Assembly (NCBI RefSeq): GCF_036365525.1 | Contig: NC_090399.1 | Span: 58,126,430 to 58,190,429, forward strand | Length of the DNA: 64,000 nucleotides | Origin: Heterodontus francisci | Taxonomy: Eukaryota | Reading direction: 5' to 3' | Part shown: piece by piece, positions 22,930-37,049 of the stretch | How the letters are laid out: each line of letters begins with the position of its first letter | How positions within the stretch are numbered: position 1 is the stretch's first letter | Position numbers and translations under genes: made by a program | The notes under the pieces: generated by a model | What the model was told of the DNA's origin: nothing | Seen by the model: only the letters and a program-made list of their open reading frames with translations | The model's database searches: none

Positions 22930-25900
22930 CATCTCTCTCTCTGATCTCTCTGTGACCAGACCCTCCAATCACTCTCTCTGATCTCTCTGTGACCACACCC
23001 TCCAATCTCTCCCTCTGATCTCTCTGTGACATCCCACCAATCTCTCCCTCTGATCTCTCTGTGACCACACCCTCCAATCTCTCTCTCTGATCTCTCTGTG
23101 ACCACACCCTCCAATCTCTCCCTCTGATCTCTCTGTGACCACACCCTCCAATCTCTCTCTCTGATCTCTCTGTGACCACACCCTCCAATCTCTCCCTCTG
23201 ATCTCTCTGTGACCACACCCTCCAATCTCTCCCTCTGATCTCTCTGTGACCACACCCTCCAATCTCTCCCTCTGATCTCTGTGACCACACCCACCAATCT
23301 CTCTCTCTCATCTCTCTGTGACCACACCCTCCAATCTCTCTCTCTGATCTCTCTGTGACCACACCCTCCAATCTCTCCCTCTGATCTCTCTGTGACCACA
23401 CCCTCCAATCTCTCTCTCTGATCTCTCTGTGACCACACCCTCCAATCTCTCCCTCTGATCTCTCTGTGACCACACCCTCCAATCTCTCCCTCTGATCTCT
23501 GTGACCACACCCTCCAATCTCTCCCTCTGATCTCTGTGACCACACCCACCAATCTCTCTCTCTCATCTCTCTGTGACCACACCCTCCAATCTCTCCCTCT
23601 GATCTCTCTGTGACCAGACCCTCCAATCTCTCCCTCTGATCTCTCTGTGACCACACCCTCCAATCTCTCCCTCTGATCTCTCTGTGACCACACCCTCCCA
23701 TCTCTCTCTCTGATCTCTCTGTGACCAGACCCTCCAATCTCTCCCTCTGATCTCTCTGTGACCACACCCACCAATCTCTCCCTCTGATCTCTCTGTGACC
23801 ACACCCACCAATCTCTCTCTCTCATCTCTCTGTGACCACACCCTCCCATCTCTCTCTCTGATCTCTCTGTGACCAGACCCTCCAAACTCTCCCTCTGATC
23901 TCTCTGTGACCAGACCCTCCAACGTTTCCCTCTGATCTCTCTGTGACCAGACCCTCCAATCTCTCCCTCTGATCTCTCTGTGACCACAGCCTCCAATCTC
24001 TCCCTCTGATCTCTCTGTGACCACACCCTCCAATCTCTCCCTCTGATCTCTCTGTGACCACACCCTCCAATCTCTCCCTCTGATCTCTCTGTGACCACAA
24101 CCTCCAATCTCTCCCTCTGAGCTCTCTGTGACCACACCCTCCAAACTCTCCATCTGATCTCTCTGTGACCACACCCTCCAATCTCTCCCTCTGATCTCTC
24201 TGTGACATCCCACCAATCTCTCCCTCTGACCTCTCTGTGACCACACCCTCCAATCTCTCCCTCTGATCTCTCTGTGACCACACCCTCCAATCTCTCCCTC
24301 TGAGCTCTCTGTGACCACACCCACCAATCTCTCCCTCTGATCTCTCTGTGACCACACCCACCAATCTCTCCCTCTGATCTCTCTGTGACCACATCCTCCA
24401 ATCTCTCCCTCTGATCTCTCTGTGACCACACCCTCCAATCTCTCTGATCTCTCTGTGACCACACCCTCCAATCTCTCCCTCTGAGCTCTCTGTGCCACAC
24501 CCTCCACTCTTTCCCTCTGATCTCTCTGTGACCACACCCTCCAATCTCTCCCTCTGATCTCTCTGTGACCACAGCCTCCAATCTCTCCCTCTGATCTCTC
24601 TGTGACCACAGCCTCCAATCTCTCCCTCTGATCTCTCTGTGACATCCCACCAATCTCTCCCTCTGATCTCTCTGTGACCACATCCACCAATCTCTCCCTC
24701 TGATCTCTCTGTGACCACACCCTCCAATCTCTCCCTCTGACCTCTCTGTGACCACACCCTCCAATCTCTCCCTCTGATCTCTCTGTGACCACACCCTCCA
24801 ATCTCTCCCTCTGAGCTCTCTGTGACCACACCCACCAATCTCTCCCTCTGATCTCTCTGTGACCACATCCACCAATCTCTCCCTCTGATCTCTCTGTGAC
24901 CACACCCTCCAATCTCTCTCTCTGACCTCTCTGTGACCACACCCTCCAATCTCTCCCTCTGATCTCTCTGTGACCACACCCTCCAATCTCTCTGATCTCT
25001 CTGTGACCACACCCTCCAATCTCTCCCTCTGAGCTCTCTGTGCCACACCCTCCACTCTTTCCCTCTGATCTCTCTGTGACCACACCCTCCAATCTCTCCC
25101 TCTGATCTCTCTGTGACCACATCCTCCAATCTCTCCCTTTGATATCTCTGTGACCACAGCCTCCAATCTCTCCCTCTGATCTCTCTGTGACATCCCACCA
25201 ATCTCTCCCTCTGACCTCTCTGTGACCACACCCTCCAATCTCTCCCTCTGATCTCTCTGTGACCACACCCTCCAATCTCTCCCTCTGAGCTCTCTGTGCC
25301 ACACCCCCCAATCTTTCCCTCTGATCTCTCTGTGACCACACCCTCCAATCTCTCTCTCTGATCTCTCTGTGACCACACCCTCCAATCTCTCACTCTGATC
25401 TCTCTGTGACCACACCCTCCAATCACTCTCTCAGATCTCTCTGTGACCACACCCTCCGATCTCTCACTCTGATCTCTCTGTGACCACACCCTCCAATCAC
25501 TCTCTCAGATCTCTCTGTGACCACACCCTCCAATCTCTCTCTCTGATCTCTCTGTGACATCCCACCAATCTCTCCCTCTGACCTCTCTGTGACCACACCC
25601 TCCAATCTCTCCCTCTGATCTTTCTGTGACCACACCCTCCAATCTCTCCCTCTGAGCTCTCTGTGCCACACCCCCCAATCTTTCCCTCTGATCTCTCTGT
25701 GACCACACCCTCCAATCTCTCTCTCTGATCTCTCTGTGACCACACCCTCCAATCTCTCACTCTGATCTCTCTGTGACCACACCCTCCAATCACTCTCTCA
25801 GATCTCTCTGTGACCACACCCTCCGATCTCTCACTCTGATCTCTCTGTGACCACACCCTCCAATCACTCTCTCAGATCTCTCTGTGACCACACCCGCCAA

Positions 25901-27650
25901 TCTCTCCCTCTGAGCTCTCTGTGCCACACCCTCCAATCTCTCTCTCTGATCTCTCTGTGACCACACCCTCCAATCTTTCCCTCTGATCTCTCTGTGACCA
26001 CACCCTCCAATCTCTCCCTCTGATCTCTCTGTGACCACACCCACCAATCTCTCCCTCTGATCTCTCTGTGACCACACCCTCCAATCTCTCCCTCTGATCT
26101 CTCTGTGACCACACCCTCCAATCTCTCTCTCTGATCTCTCTGTGACCACACCCTCCAATCACTCTCTCTGATCTCTCTGTGACCACACCCACCAATCTCT
26201 CCCTCTGACCTCTCTGTGACCACACCCGCCAATCTCTCCCTCTGATCTCTCTGTGACCACACCCTCCAATATTTCCCTCTGATCTCTCTGTGACCACACC
26301 CACCAATCTCTCCCTCTGATCTCTCAGTGACCACACCCTCCAATCTCTCCCTCTGAGCTCTCTGTGACCACACCCTCCAATCTCTCCCTCTGAGCTCTCT
26401 GTGACCACACCCTCCAATCTCTCTCTCTGATCTCTCTGTGACCACACCCTCCAATCCCTCCCTCTGATCTCTCAGTGACCACACCCACCAATCTCTCCCT
26501 CTGATCTCTCGGTGACCACACTCTCCAATCTCTCTCTCTGATCTCTCTGTGACCACACACTCCAATCTTTCCCTCTGATCTCTCTGTGACCACACCCTCC
26601 AATCTCTCCCTCTGAGCTCTCTGTGACCACACCCTCCAATCTCTCTCTCTGATCTCTCTGTGACCACACCCTCCAATCCCTCCCTCTGATCTCTCAGTGA
26701 CCATACCCACCAATCTCTCCCTCTGATCTCTCGGTGACCACACTCTCCAATCTCTCTCTCTGATCTCTCTGTGACCACACACTCCACTCTTTCCATCTGA
26801 TCTCTATGTGACCACACCCTCCAATCTCTCTCTCTGATCTCTCTGTGACCACACCCTCCAATCTCTCCCTCTGAGCTCTCTGTGACCACACCCTCCAATC
26901 ACTCTCTCTGATCTCTCTGTGACCACGAACTCCAATCTTTCCCTCTGATCTCTCTATGACCACACACTAGAATCTCTCTCTCTGATCTCTCTGTGACCAC
27001 ACCCTCCAATCTCTCCCTCTGATCTCTCAGTGACCACACCCACCAATCTCTCCCTCTGATCTCTCTGTGACCACACCCTCCAATCTCTCCCTCTGATCTC
27101 TCTGTGACCACACCCTCCAATCTCTCCCTCTGATCTCTCAGTGACCACACCCACCAATCTCTCCCTCTGATCTCTCTGTGACCACACCCTCCAATTTCTC
27201 TCTCTGATCTCTCTGTGACCACACCCTCCAATCTCTCCCTCTGAGCTCTCTGTGCCACACCCTCCAATCTCTCCCTCTGATCTCTCTGTGACCACACCCT
27301 CCAATCACTCTCTCTGATCTCTCTGTGACCACACCCTCCAATCTCTCCCTCTGAGCTCTCTGTGCCACACCCTCCAATCTCTCCCTCTGATCTCTCTGTG
27401 ACCACACCCTCCAATCACTCTCTCTGATCTCTCTGTGACCACACCCTCCAATCTCTCCCTCTGATCTCTCTGTGACCACACCCTCCAATCTCTCCCTCTG
27501 ATCTCTCTGTGACCACACCCTTCAATCTCTCTCTCTTATCTCTCTGTGACCACACCCTCCAATCTCTCTCTCTGATCTCTCTGTGACCACACCCTCCAAT
27601 CTCTCCCTCTGATCTCTCTGTGACCACACCCTCCAATCTCTCTGTGACAT
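22930..27650. repeat. 37-bp minisatellite, about 125 copies
   Basis: Unit ctctgatctctctgtgaccacaccctccaatctctcc, with degenerate CT-rich flanks on both sides. Confidence 0.97.
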
Positions 27651-28486
27651 CCCTCCAATCTCACCCAGTTCCCTCCAAAATCTCCCTCAGATTTATCCCC
27701 CACCGCTCCAATCTCACCCTGATCCCCCTCCAAAATCTCCCTCTGATCTCCCATAGGCCCCCCACCAATTTCTCCCACCAAACTCTCCCTCAGATTTCTC
27801 CCTCTGATCTCTATCTGTATTCCCTCTAATTCCTCTATGATTGCTCCTTGACCCTTTCCCTCTCTTTCTCTGATATATGACACACCCTCCCCTCTGATCA
27901 TTCTGTATTGTCTCTGATCCACCATCTCTGCCCCATCTCTCTCTGACCCCCAACCCCCACACGATCCCACCCGGACCCTCGACACCTTGCTGTAACCCCC
28001 CTCACCCGCCCCCCACCCCACCCTCTGTGACCCTGCAATCTTTACCCAAAGCAGCATGAAACTTCCTGCTCCTGAGCTCGAGCCTTTCTGCAGTGTTCCA
28101 CTCCCTCCAGCGAGCTGAGCCTATCAATCAGACTGGGGATTGGGGCAGGGAACCTGTTAAAAAAACAAATGCACAATGTGTAGTTAAAACTCCACGCTGC
28201 CATCTAAATATGGAGTCAGGGGTTACCCAGTCTGAACTCTTCTCCCCAGCTAGAAAATCCCACCTCAGTAAACACCGGATTATTAACGTGGTTTTTCCCA
28301 CCACTGATGCTGCCTGATCGGCAGAACATTTCCAGCATTTCCTGTTTTTTAAAACAAATCGCTTTGATTCTCAACAGTCCTGAGTTTTTCACCATTTATC
28401 TTTGTTGCGTCCAAAGTGGATGACGACTCACTTCCCCACATTAAACACCATTTACCACAGCATCATCCACTCTCTTAACCTGTATA

Positions 28487-31400
28487 TGGCACCTCCGACA
28501 CTGCAGCTCTCCCTCAGTACCGACCCACCAACAATGCAGCTGTCCCTCAGTACTTACCCTCTGACAGTGCAGCCCTCCCTCAGTATTGACCCTCTGACAA
28601 TGCAGCTCTCTCTCAGTACCGACCCACCGACAGTGCAGCTCTCCCTCAGTACGGACCCACCGACAGTGCAGCTCTCCCTCAGTACCGACCCACCGACAAT
28701 GCAGCTGTCCCTCAGTACTTACCCTCTGACAGTGCAGCCCTCCCTCAGTACTGACCCTCTGACAATGCAGCACTCCTTCAGTACTGACCCACCGACAGTG
28801 CAGCTCTCCCTCAGTACCGACCCACCGACAATGCAGCTGTCCCTCAGTACTTACCCTCTGACAGTGCAGCCCTCCCTCAGTACTTACCCTCTGACAGTGC
28901 AGCCCTCCCTCAGTACTTACCCTCTGACAATGCAGCTTTCCCTCAATACTGACCCACCGACAATGCAGCTCTCCCTCAGTACTGACCCACCGACAATGCA
29001 GCTCTCCCTCAGTACTGACCCACCGACAATGCAGCTCTCCCTCAGTACTGACCCACCGACAGTGCAGCTCTCCCTCAGTACTGACCCACTGACAGTGCAG
29101 CTCTCCCTCAGTACTGACCCACCGACAGTGCAGCTCTCCCTCAGTACTGACCCACCGACAGTGCAGCACTCCCTCAGTACTGACCCAACGACACTGCAGC
29201 TTTCCCTCAGGACTGACCCACCGACAATGCAGCACTCCCTCAGTACCGACCCACTGACAATGCAGCTCTCCCTCAGTACTGACCCACCGACAGTGCAGCA
29301 CTCCCTCAGTACCGACTCACCGACAATGCAGCACTCCCTCAGTACTTACCCTCTGACAGTGCAGCCCTCCCTCAGTACTGACCCACCGACAATCCAGCAC
29401 TCCCTCAGTACTGACCCACCGACAGTGCAGCACACCCTCAGTACTTATCCTCTGACAGTGCAGCCCTCCCTCAGTACTGACCCACCGACAGTGCAGCTCT
29501 CCCTCAGTACCGACCCACCGACAATGCAGCACTCCCTCAGTACTTACCCTCTGACAGTGCAGCCCTCCCTCAGTACTGACCCACCGACAGTGCAGCCCTC
29601 CCTCAGTACTGACCCACCGACAGTGCAGCACTCCCTCAGTACTGACCCACCGACAGTGCAGCACTCCCTCAGTACTGACCCTCTGACAGTGCAGCTCTCC
29701 CTCAGTACCGACCCACCGACAATGCAGCTGTCCCTCAGTACTTACTCTCTGACAGTGCAGCCCTCCCTCAGTATTGACCCTCTGACAATGCAGCTCACCC
29801 TCTGTACCGACCCACCGACAGTGCAGCTCTCCCTCAGTACTGACCCACCGACAGTGCAGCTCTCCCTCAGTACTGACCCACCGACAGTGCAGCTTTCCCT
29901 CAGTACTGACCCACCGACAATGCAGCACTCCCTCAGTACCGACCCACTGACAATGCAGCTCTCCCTCAGTACTGACCCACCGACAGTGCAGCACTCCCTC
30001 AGTACTTATCCTCTGACAGTGCAGCCCTCCCTCAGTACTGACCCACCGACAATGCAGCACTCCCTCAGTACTTACCCTCTGACAGTGCAGCCCTCCCTCA
30101 GTACTGACCCACCGACAATGCAGCACTCCCTCAGTACTGACCCACCGACAGTGCAGCCCTCCCTCAGTACTGACCCACCGACAATGCAGCACTCCCTCAG
30201 TACTGACCCACCGACAGTGCAGCACTCCCTCAGTACTGACCCTCTGACAATGCAGCACTCCCTCAGTACCGACCCACTGACCGTGCAGCTCTCCCTCAGT
30301 ACTGACCCACCGACAGTGCAGCTCTCCCTCAGTACCGACCCACCGACAATGCAGCTGTCCCTCAGTACTTACCCTCTGACAGTGCAGCCCTCCCTCAGTA
30401 TTGACCATCTGACAATGCAGCTCTCTCTCAGTACCGACCCACCGACAGTGCAGCTCTCCCTCAATACTGACCCACCGACAGTGCAGCTCTCCCTCAGTAC
30501 CGACCCACCGACAATGCAGCTGTCCCTCAGTACTTCCCCTCTGACAGTGCAGCCCTCCCTCAGTACTGACCCTCTGACAGTGCAGCTCTCCCTCAGTACT
30601 GACCCACCGACAGTGCAGCACTCCCTCAGTACTGACCCAACGACACTGCAGCTTTCCCTCAGGACTGACCCACCGACAATGTAGCACTCCCTCAGTACCG
30701 ACCCACTGACAATGCAGCTCTCCTTCAGTACTGACCCACCGACAGTGCAGCACTCCCTCAGTACTTATCCTCTGACAGTGCAGCCCTCCCTCAGTACTGA
30801 CCCACCGACAGTGCAGCTCTCCCTCAGTACCGACCCACCGACAATGCAGCACTCCCTCAGTACTTACCCTCTGACAGTGCAGCCCTCCCTCAGTACTGAC
30901 CCACCGACAATGCAGCACTCCCTCAGTACTGACCCACCGACAGTGCAGCTCTCCCTCAGTACCGACCCACCGACAATGCAGCTGTCCCTCAGTACTTACC
31001 CTCTGACAGTGCAGCCCTCCCTCAGTATTGACCCTCTGACAATGCAGCTCTCTCTCAGTACCGACCCACCGACAGTGCAGCTCTCCCTCAATACTGACCC
31101 ACCGACAGTGCAGCTCTCCCTCAGTACCGACCCACCGACAATGCAGCTGTCCCTCAGTACTTCCCCTCTGACAGTGCAGCCCTCCCTCAGTACTGACCCT
31201 CTGACAGTGCAGCTCTCCCTCAGTACTGACCCACCGACAGTGCAGCACTCCCTCAGTACTGACCCAACGACACTGCAGCTTTCCCTCAGGACTGACCCAC
31301 CGACAATGCAGCACTCCCTCAGTACCGACCCACTGACAATGGAGCTCTCCCTCAGTACTGACCCACCGACAGTGCAGCACTCCCTCAGTACTTATCCTCT

Positions 31401-33142
31401 GACAGTGCAGCCCTCCCTCAGTACTGACCCACCGACAGTGCAGCTCTCCCTCAGTACCGACCCACTGACAATGCAGCACTCCCTCAGTACTGACCCACCG
31501 ACAGTGCAGCTCTCCCTCAGTACCGACCCACCGACAATGCAGCTGTCCCTCAGTACTTACCCTCTGACAGTGCAGCCCTCCCTCAGTATTGACCCTCTGA
31601 CAATGCAGCTCTCTCTCAGTACCGACCCACCGACAGTGCAGCTCTCCCTCAATACTGACCCACCGACAGTGCAGCTCTCCCTCAGTACCGACCCACCGAC
31701 AATGCAGCTGTCCCTCAGTACTTCCCCTCTGACAGTGCAGCACTCCCTCAGTACTGACCCAACGACACTGCAGCTTTCCCTCAGGACTGACCCACCGACA
31801 ATGCAGCACTCCCTCAGTACCGACCCACTGACAATGCAGCTCTCCCTCAGTACTGACCCACCGACAGTGCAGCACTCCCTCAGTACTTATCCTCTGACAG
31901 TGCAGGCCTCCCTCAGTACTGACCCACCGACAGTGCAGCTCTCCCTCAGTACCGACCCACCGACAATGCAGCACTCCCTCAGTACTTACCCTCTGACAGT
32001 GCAGCCCTCCCTCAGTACTGACCCACCGACAATGCAGCACTCCCTCAGTACTGACCCACCGACAGTGCAGCACTCCCTCAGTACTGACCCACCGACAATG
32101 CAGCTGTCCCTCAGTACTTACCCTCTGACAGTGCAGCCCTCCCTCAGTATTGACCCTCTGACAGTGCAGCACTCCCTCAGTGCTGACCCTCTGACAATGC
32201 AGCACTCCCTCAGTACCGACCCACCGACAGTGCAGCTCTCCCTCAGTACTGATCCACCAACAGTGCAGCTCTCCCTCAGTACCGACCCACCGACAATGCA
32301 GCTGTCCCTCAGTACTTACCCTCTGACAGTGCAGCACTCCCTCAGTATTGACCCTCTGACAGTGCAGCACTCCCTCAGTACTGACCCTCTGACAATGCAG
32401 CACTCCCTCAGTACTGACCCACCGACAGTGCAGCTCTCCCTCAGTACCGACCCACCGACAATGCAGCACTCCCTCAGTACTTACCCTCTGACAGTGCAGC
32501 CCTCCCTCAGTACTTACCCTCTGACAGTGCAGCCCTCCCTCAGTACTTACCCTCTGACAATGCAGCTTTCCCTCAATACTGACCCACCGACAATGCAGCT
32601 CTCCCTCAGTACTGACCCACCGACAGTGCAGCTCTCCCTCAGTACCGACCCACCGACAATGCAGCTGTCCCTCAGTACTTACCCTCTGACAGTGCAGCCC
32701 TTCCCTCAGTACTTACCCTCTGACAGTGCAGCCCTCCCTCAGTACTTACCCTCTGACAGTGCAGCCGTCCCTCAGTACTTAGCCTCTGACAATGCAGCTT
32801 CCCCTCAGTGCTGACCCACCGACAATGCAGCTGCCCCTCAGTACTTACCCTCTGACAGCACAGCACTCCCTCAGTACTTACGCTCTGACAGTGCAGCCCT
32901 CCCTCAGTACTTACCCTCTGACAGTGCAGCCCTCCCTCAGTACTGCCCCTCAGACAGTGCTGTGCTCTCTCAGTACCGACCCTCCGACAGTGCAGCACTC
33001 CCTAAGTACTGACCCACCGACAGTGCAGCACTCCCTCAGTACTGCCCCTCCGACAGTGCTGTGCTCTCTCAGTACCGCCCCTCCGACTGTGCCGCACTCC
33101 CTCCGTACTGACCCTCCGACAGTGCAGCACTCCCTCAGTACT
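28487..33142. repeat. 33-bp minisatellite, about 140 copies, derived from a DeuSINE
   Basis: Unit gacccaccgacagtgcagc(a/t/c)ctccctcagtact, giving 11-aa periodic ORFs on both strands. Confidence 0.97.
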
Positions 33143-33232
33143 GCACTAAAGCATCAGCCTAGATTTTGTGCTGAATGATTGGGAAATTCTGATTGTGAGG
33201 TGAGAGTGCTACCATCGAGGCCCAGCTGACAT
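33110..33232 (-). mobile_element. DeuSINE (SacSINE1-like) 5' remnant
   Basis: The - strand reads gtcagctgggcctcgatggtagcactctcacctc...gcacaaaatctaggctgatgctttagtgcagtactgagggagtgctgcactgtcggagg, matching the recalled shark DeuSINE head. Confidence 0.7.
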
Positions 33233-33559
33233 CACATAAAAAGAATATTTCCACTGAGAGTGCAGTGGGTTTGACTGAAAAAAGTAGATCAAGGTTGGTC
33301 TTGATAATGAGGTTCACTCTCCTCAGGTATAGGTCATTCCTTTCGGGTTTGGTGAGGTGACCCTGTTATGTATTCCACTCCTGCTAACTTTCTGCAGTTG
33401 TGTTTGTGTTTAACAAACTTGCTGGTGTATTTTGCAATGATCTTATAGGGCTCTGTCTCTGTGCATTGGGAACAGAGAGACCTCAGGTTTCTGAACAGCA
33501 CAAACCTTGTAAGCATCTGACATTTCAACATTCCTTCCTGACACAACATGTAGATGCAG

Positions 33560-33870
33560 TTATCCATTATATATTCAACACACATCCCCACCACAGAGAA
33601 CACATCAGAGCCCAGTTTACCCGAGTTTCCTGTTATAGTCACCAGGATGGGCTCCTGTACCCACAACCATAAACTGTCTACAATTTCAATGTAACATGAC
33701 TGAGCTTCATATTCTGGGATAACCAGCCTGTTAAAGCCTGAAAGTGAAGCAAGTTTCCCTTTCCTCATTGTCTGGGTTTGACACTGTGAGGTATGTGTGA
33801 TGGTCAATAATGATCCAGTGTTTATCAATAAATCCTGTCTGTGGCCAACCAGAACAACTGGGTAAAGCAA
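33560..33870 (-). pseudogene. Retropepsin (aspartic protease) remnant of an LTR retroelement
   Basis: LLINTGSLLTI (decayed LIDTGS), SLSGF (flap-like) and GKLGSDVF (ILGxD-like) in ORF 33334-33879. Confidence 0.6.
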
Positions 33871-36800
33871 CCCCATCACATCAGACCCTCACTCCGACTG
33901 TGGGAAGACCACTCCCTCCTCACGCCCCTATCACATCAGACCCTCACTCCGACTGTGGGGAGACCACTCCCTCCTCACGCCCCTATCACATCAGACCCTC
34001 CTTCCAGCTGTGGGGAGAACACCCCACCTCACTCTCCCATCACATCGGACCCTCACTCCCAACTGTGGGGAGACCACTCCCTCCTCCCTAACCCATCACA
34101 TCGGACACTCACTCCAACTGTGGGGAGACCACTCCCTCCTCCCTAATCGATCACATCGGACCCTCACTCCAACTGTGGGAAGACCACTCCCTCCTCACGC
34201 CTCTATCACATCAGACCCTCCTTCCAGCTGTGGGGAGAACACCCCACCTCACTCTCCCATCACATCGGACCCTTATACCAGCTGTAGGGACACCACTCCT
34301 CCCTCAATCCTCCATCAGATTGGACACTCACTCCAACTGTGGGGAGACCACTCCCTCCTCCCTAACCCATCACATCAGACCCTCACTCCAAGTGTGGGGA
34401 GACCACTTCCTCCTCCCTAACCTATCACATTGGACCCTCACTCCAACTGTGGGGAGACCACTCCCTCCTCCCTCACTCCTCCATCAGATTGGACACTCAC
34501 TCCAACTGTGGGGAGACCACTCCCTCCTCCCTAACCTATCACATTGGACCCTCACTCTCAACTGTGGGGAGACCACTCCCTCCTCCCTAACCCATCACAT
34601 CAGACCCTCACTCCAACTGTGGGGAGACCACTCCCTCCTCCCTAACCTATCACATTGGACCCTCACTCTCAACTGTGGGGAGACCACTCCCTCCTCCCTA
34701 ACCCATCACATTGGACCCTCACTCTCAACTGTGGGGAGACCACTCCCTCCTCCCTAACCCATCACATTGGACCCTCACTCTCAACTGTGGGGAGACCACT
34801 CCCTCCTCCCGAACCGATCACATCGGACACTCACTCTCAACTGTGGGGAGACCACTCCCTCCTCCCTAACCTATCACATCGGACCCTCACTCCAACTGTG
34901 GGGAGACCACTCCCTCCTCCCTAACCCATCACATCGGACCCTCACTCTCAACTGTGGGGAGACCACTCCCTCCTCCCTAACCCATCACATCGGACCCTCA
35001 CTCTCAACTGTGGGGTGACCACTCCCTCCTCCCTAACCCATCACATTGGACCTTCACTCCAACCGTAGGGAGCCCACTCCCTCCTCCCTAACCTATCACA
35101 TCGGACCCTCACTCCAACTGTAGGGAGCCCACTCCCTCCTCCCTAACCTATCACATTGGACCCTCACTCCAACAGTAGGGAGCCCACTCCCTCCTCCCTA
35201 ACCTATCACATTGGACCCTCACTCCAACAGTAGGGAGCCCACTCCCTCCTCCCTAACCCATCACATTGGACCCTCACTCCAACCGCAGGGAGCCCACTCC
35301 CTCCTCCCTAACCTATCACATCGAACCCTCACTCCAACTGTGGGGAGCCCACTCCCTCCTCCCTAACCTATCACATCGGACCCTCACTCCAACTGTAGGG
35401 AGCCCACTCCCTCCTCCCTAACCCATCACATCGGACACTCACTCCAACTGTGGGGAGCCCACTCCCTCCTCCCTAACCTATCACATCGGACACTCACTCC
35501 AACTGTGGGGAGACCACTCCCTCCTCCCTAACCCATCACATCGGACCCTCACTCCAACTGTGAAGAGCCCACTCCCTCCTCCCGAAACCATCACATTGGA
35601 CCCTCACTCTCAACTGTGAAGAGCCCACTCCCTCCTCCCTAACCCATCACATCGGACACTCACTCCAACTGTGGGGAGACCACTCCCTCCTCCCTAACCT
35701 ATCACATCGGACCCTCACTCCAACTGTAGGGAGCCCACTCCCTCCTCCCTAACCTATCACATCGGACCCTCACTCCAACTGTAGGGAGCCCACTCCCTCC
35801 TCCCTAACCCATCACATCGGACACTCACTCCAACTGTGGGGAGCCCACTCCCTCCTCCCTAACCTATCACATCGGACCCTCACTCCAACTGTAGGGAGCC
35901 CACTCCCTCCTCCCTAACCTATCACATCGGACCCTCACTCCAACTGTAGGGAGCCCACTCCCTCCTCCCTAACCCATCACATCGGACACTCACTCCAACT
36001 GTGGGGAGACCACTCCCTCCTCCCTAACCCATCACATCGGACCCTCACTCTCAACAGTGGGGAGACCACTCCCTCCTCCCTACCCCATCACATCGGACAC
36101 TCACTCCAACTGTGGGGAGCCCACTGCCTCCTCCCTAACCCATCATATTGGACCCTCACTCTCAACTGTGAAGAGCCCACTCCCTCCTCCCCAACCTATC
36201 ACATCGGACCCTCACTCCAACTGTGGGGAGACCACTCCCTCCTTCCTAACCCATCACATCGGACACTCACTGCAACTGTGGGGAGCCCACTCCCTCCTCC
36301 CTAACCCATCATATTGGACCCTTACTCTCAACTGTGAAGAGCCCACTCCCTCCTCCCCAACCTATCACATCGGACCCTCACTCCAACTGTGGGGAGACCA
36401 CTCCCTCCTCCCTAACCCATCACATCGGACCCTCCCTCTCAACTGTGGGGAGCCCACTCCCTCCTCCATCACATCGGACCCTCACTCTCAACTGTGGGAA
36501 GACCAGTCCCTCCTCCCTAACCCATCACATTGGACCCTCACTCTCAACTGTGGGGAGCCCACTCCCTCCTCCCTAACCCATCACATCGGACACTCACTCG
36601 AACTGTGGGGAGCCCACTCCCTCCTCCCTAACCCATCATATTGGACCCTCACTCTCAACTGTGAAGAGCCCACTCCCTCCTCCCCAACCTATCACATCGG
36701 ACCCTCACTCCAACTGTGGGGAGACCACTCCCTCCTCCCCAACCTATCACATCGGACCCTCACTCCAACTGTGGGGAGACCACTCCCTCCTCCCTAACCC

Positions 36801-37045
36801 ATCACATCGGACACTCACTCCAACTGTGGGGAGACCACTCCCTCCTCCCTAACCCATCACATCGGACCCTCACTCCAACTGTGGGGAGACCACTCCCTCC
36901 TCCCTAACCCATCACATCGGACCCTCACTCTCAACTGTGGGAAGACCAGTCCCTCCTCCCTAACCCATCACATTGGACCCTCACTCTCAACTGTGGGGAG
37001 ACCACTCCCTCCTCCCTAACCCATCACATTGGACCCTCACTCCTG
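33870..37045. repeat. 55-56 bp minisatellite, about 57 copies
   Basis: Unit cacatcggaccctcactccaactgtggggagaccactccctcctccctaacccat. Confidence 0.96.
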
Positions 37046-37049
37046 ACTA

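Noticed and set aside
22512-27636. Long overlapping ORFs (up to 967 aa) on the - strand
   Set aside because: A 37-bp unit is open in all three frames, giving the same peptide cyclically. This is a tandem-repeat artefact.
28402-32814. 700-1050 aa ORFs on both strands (mucin-like STDPPT and LHCRWV repeats)
   Set aside because: They are translations of a 33-bp (3n) SINE-derived satellite whose unit happens to lack stops. There are no unique flanking domains or splice signals.
33870-37045. Interstitial telomere
   Set aside because: Only one CCCTAA per 55-bp unit, with no tandem (TTAGGG)n.
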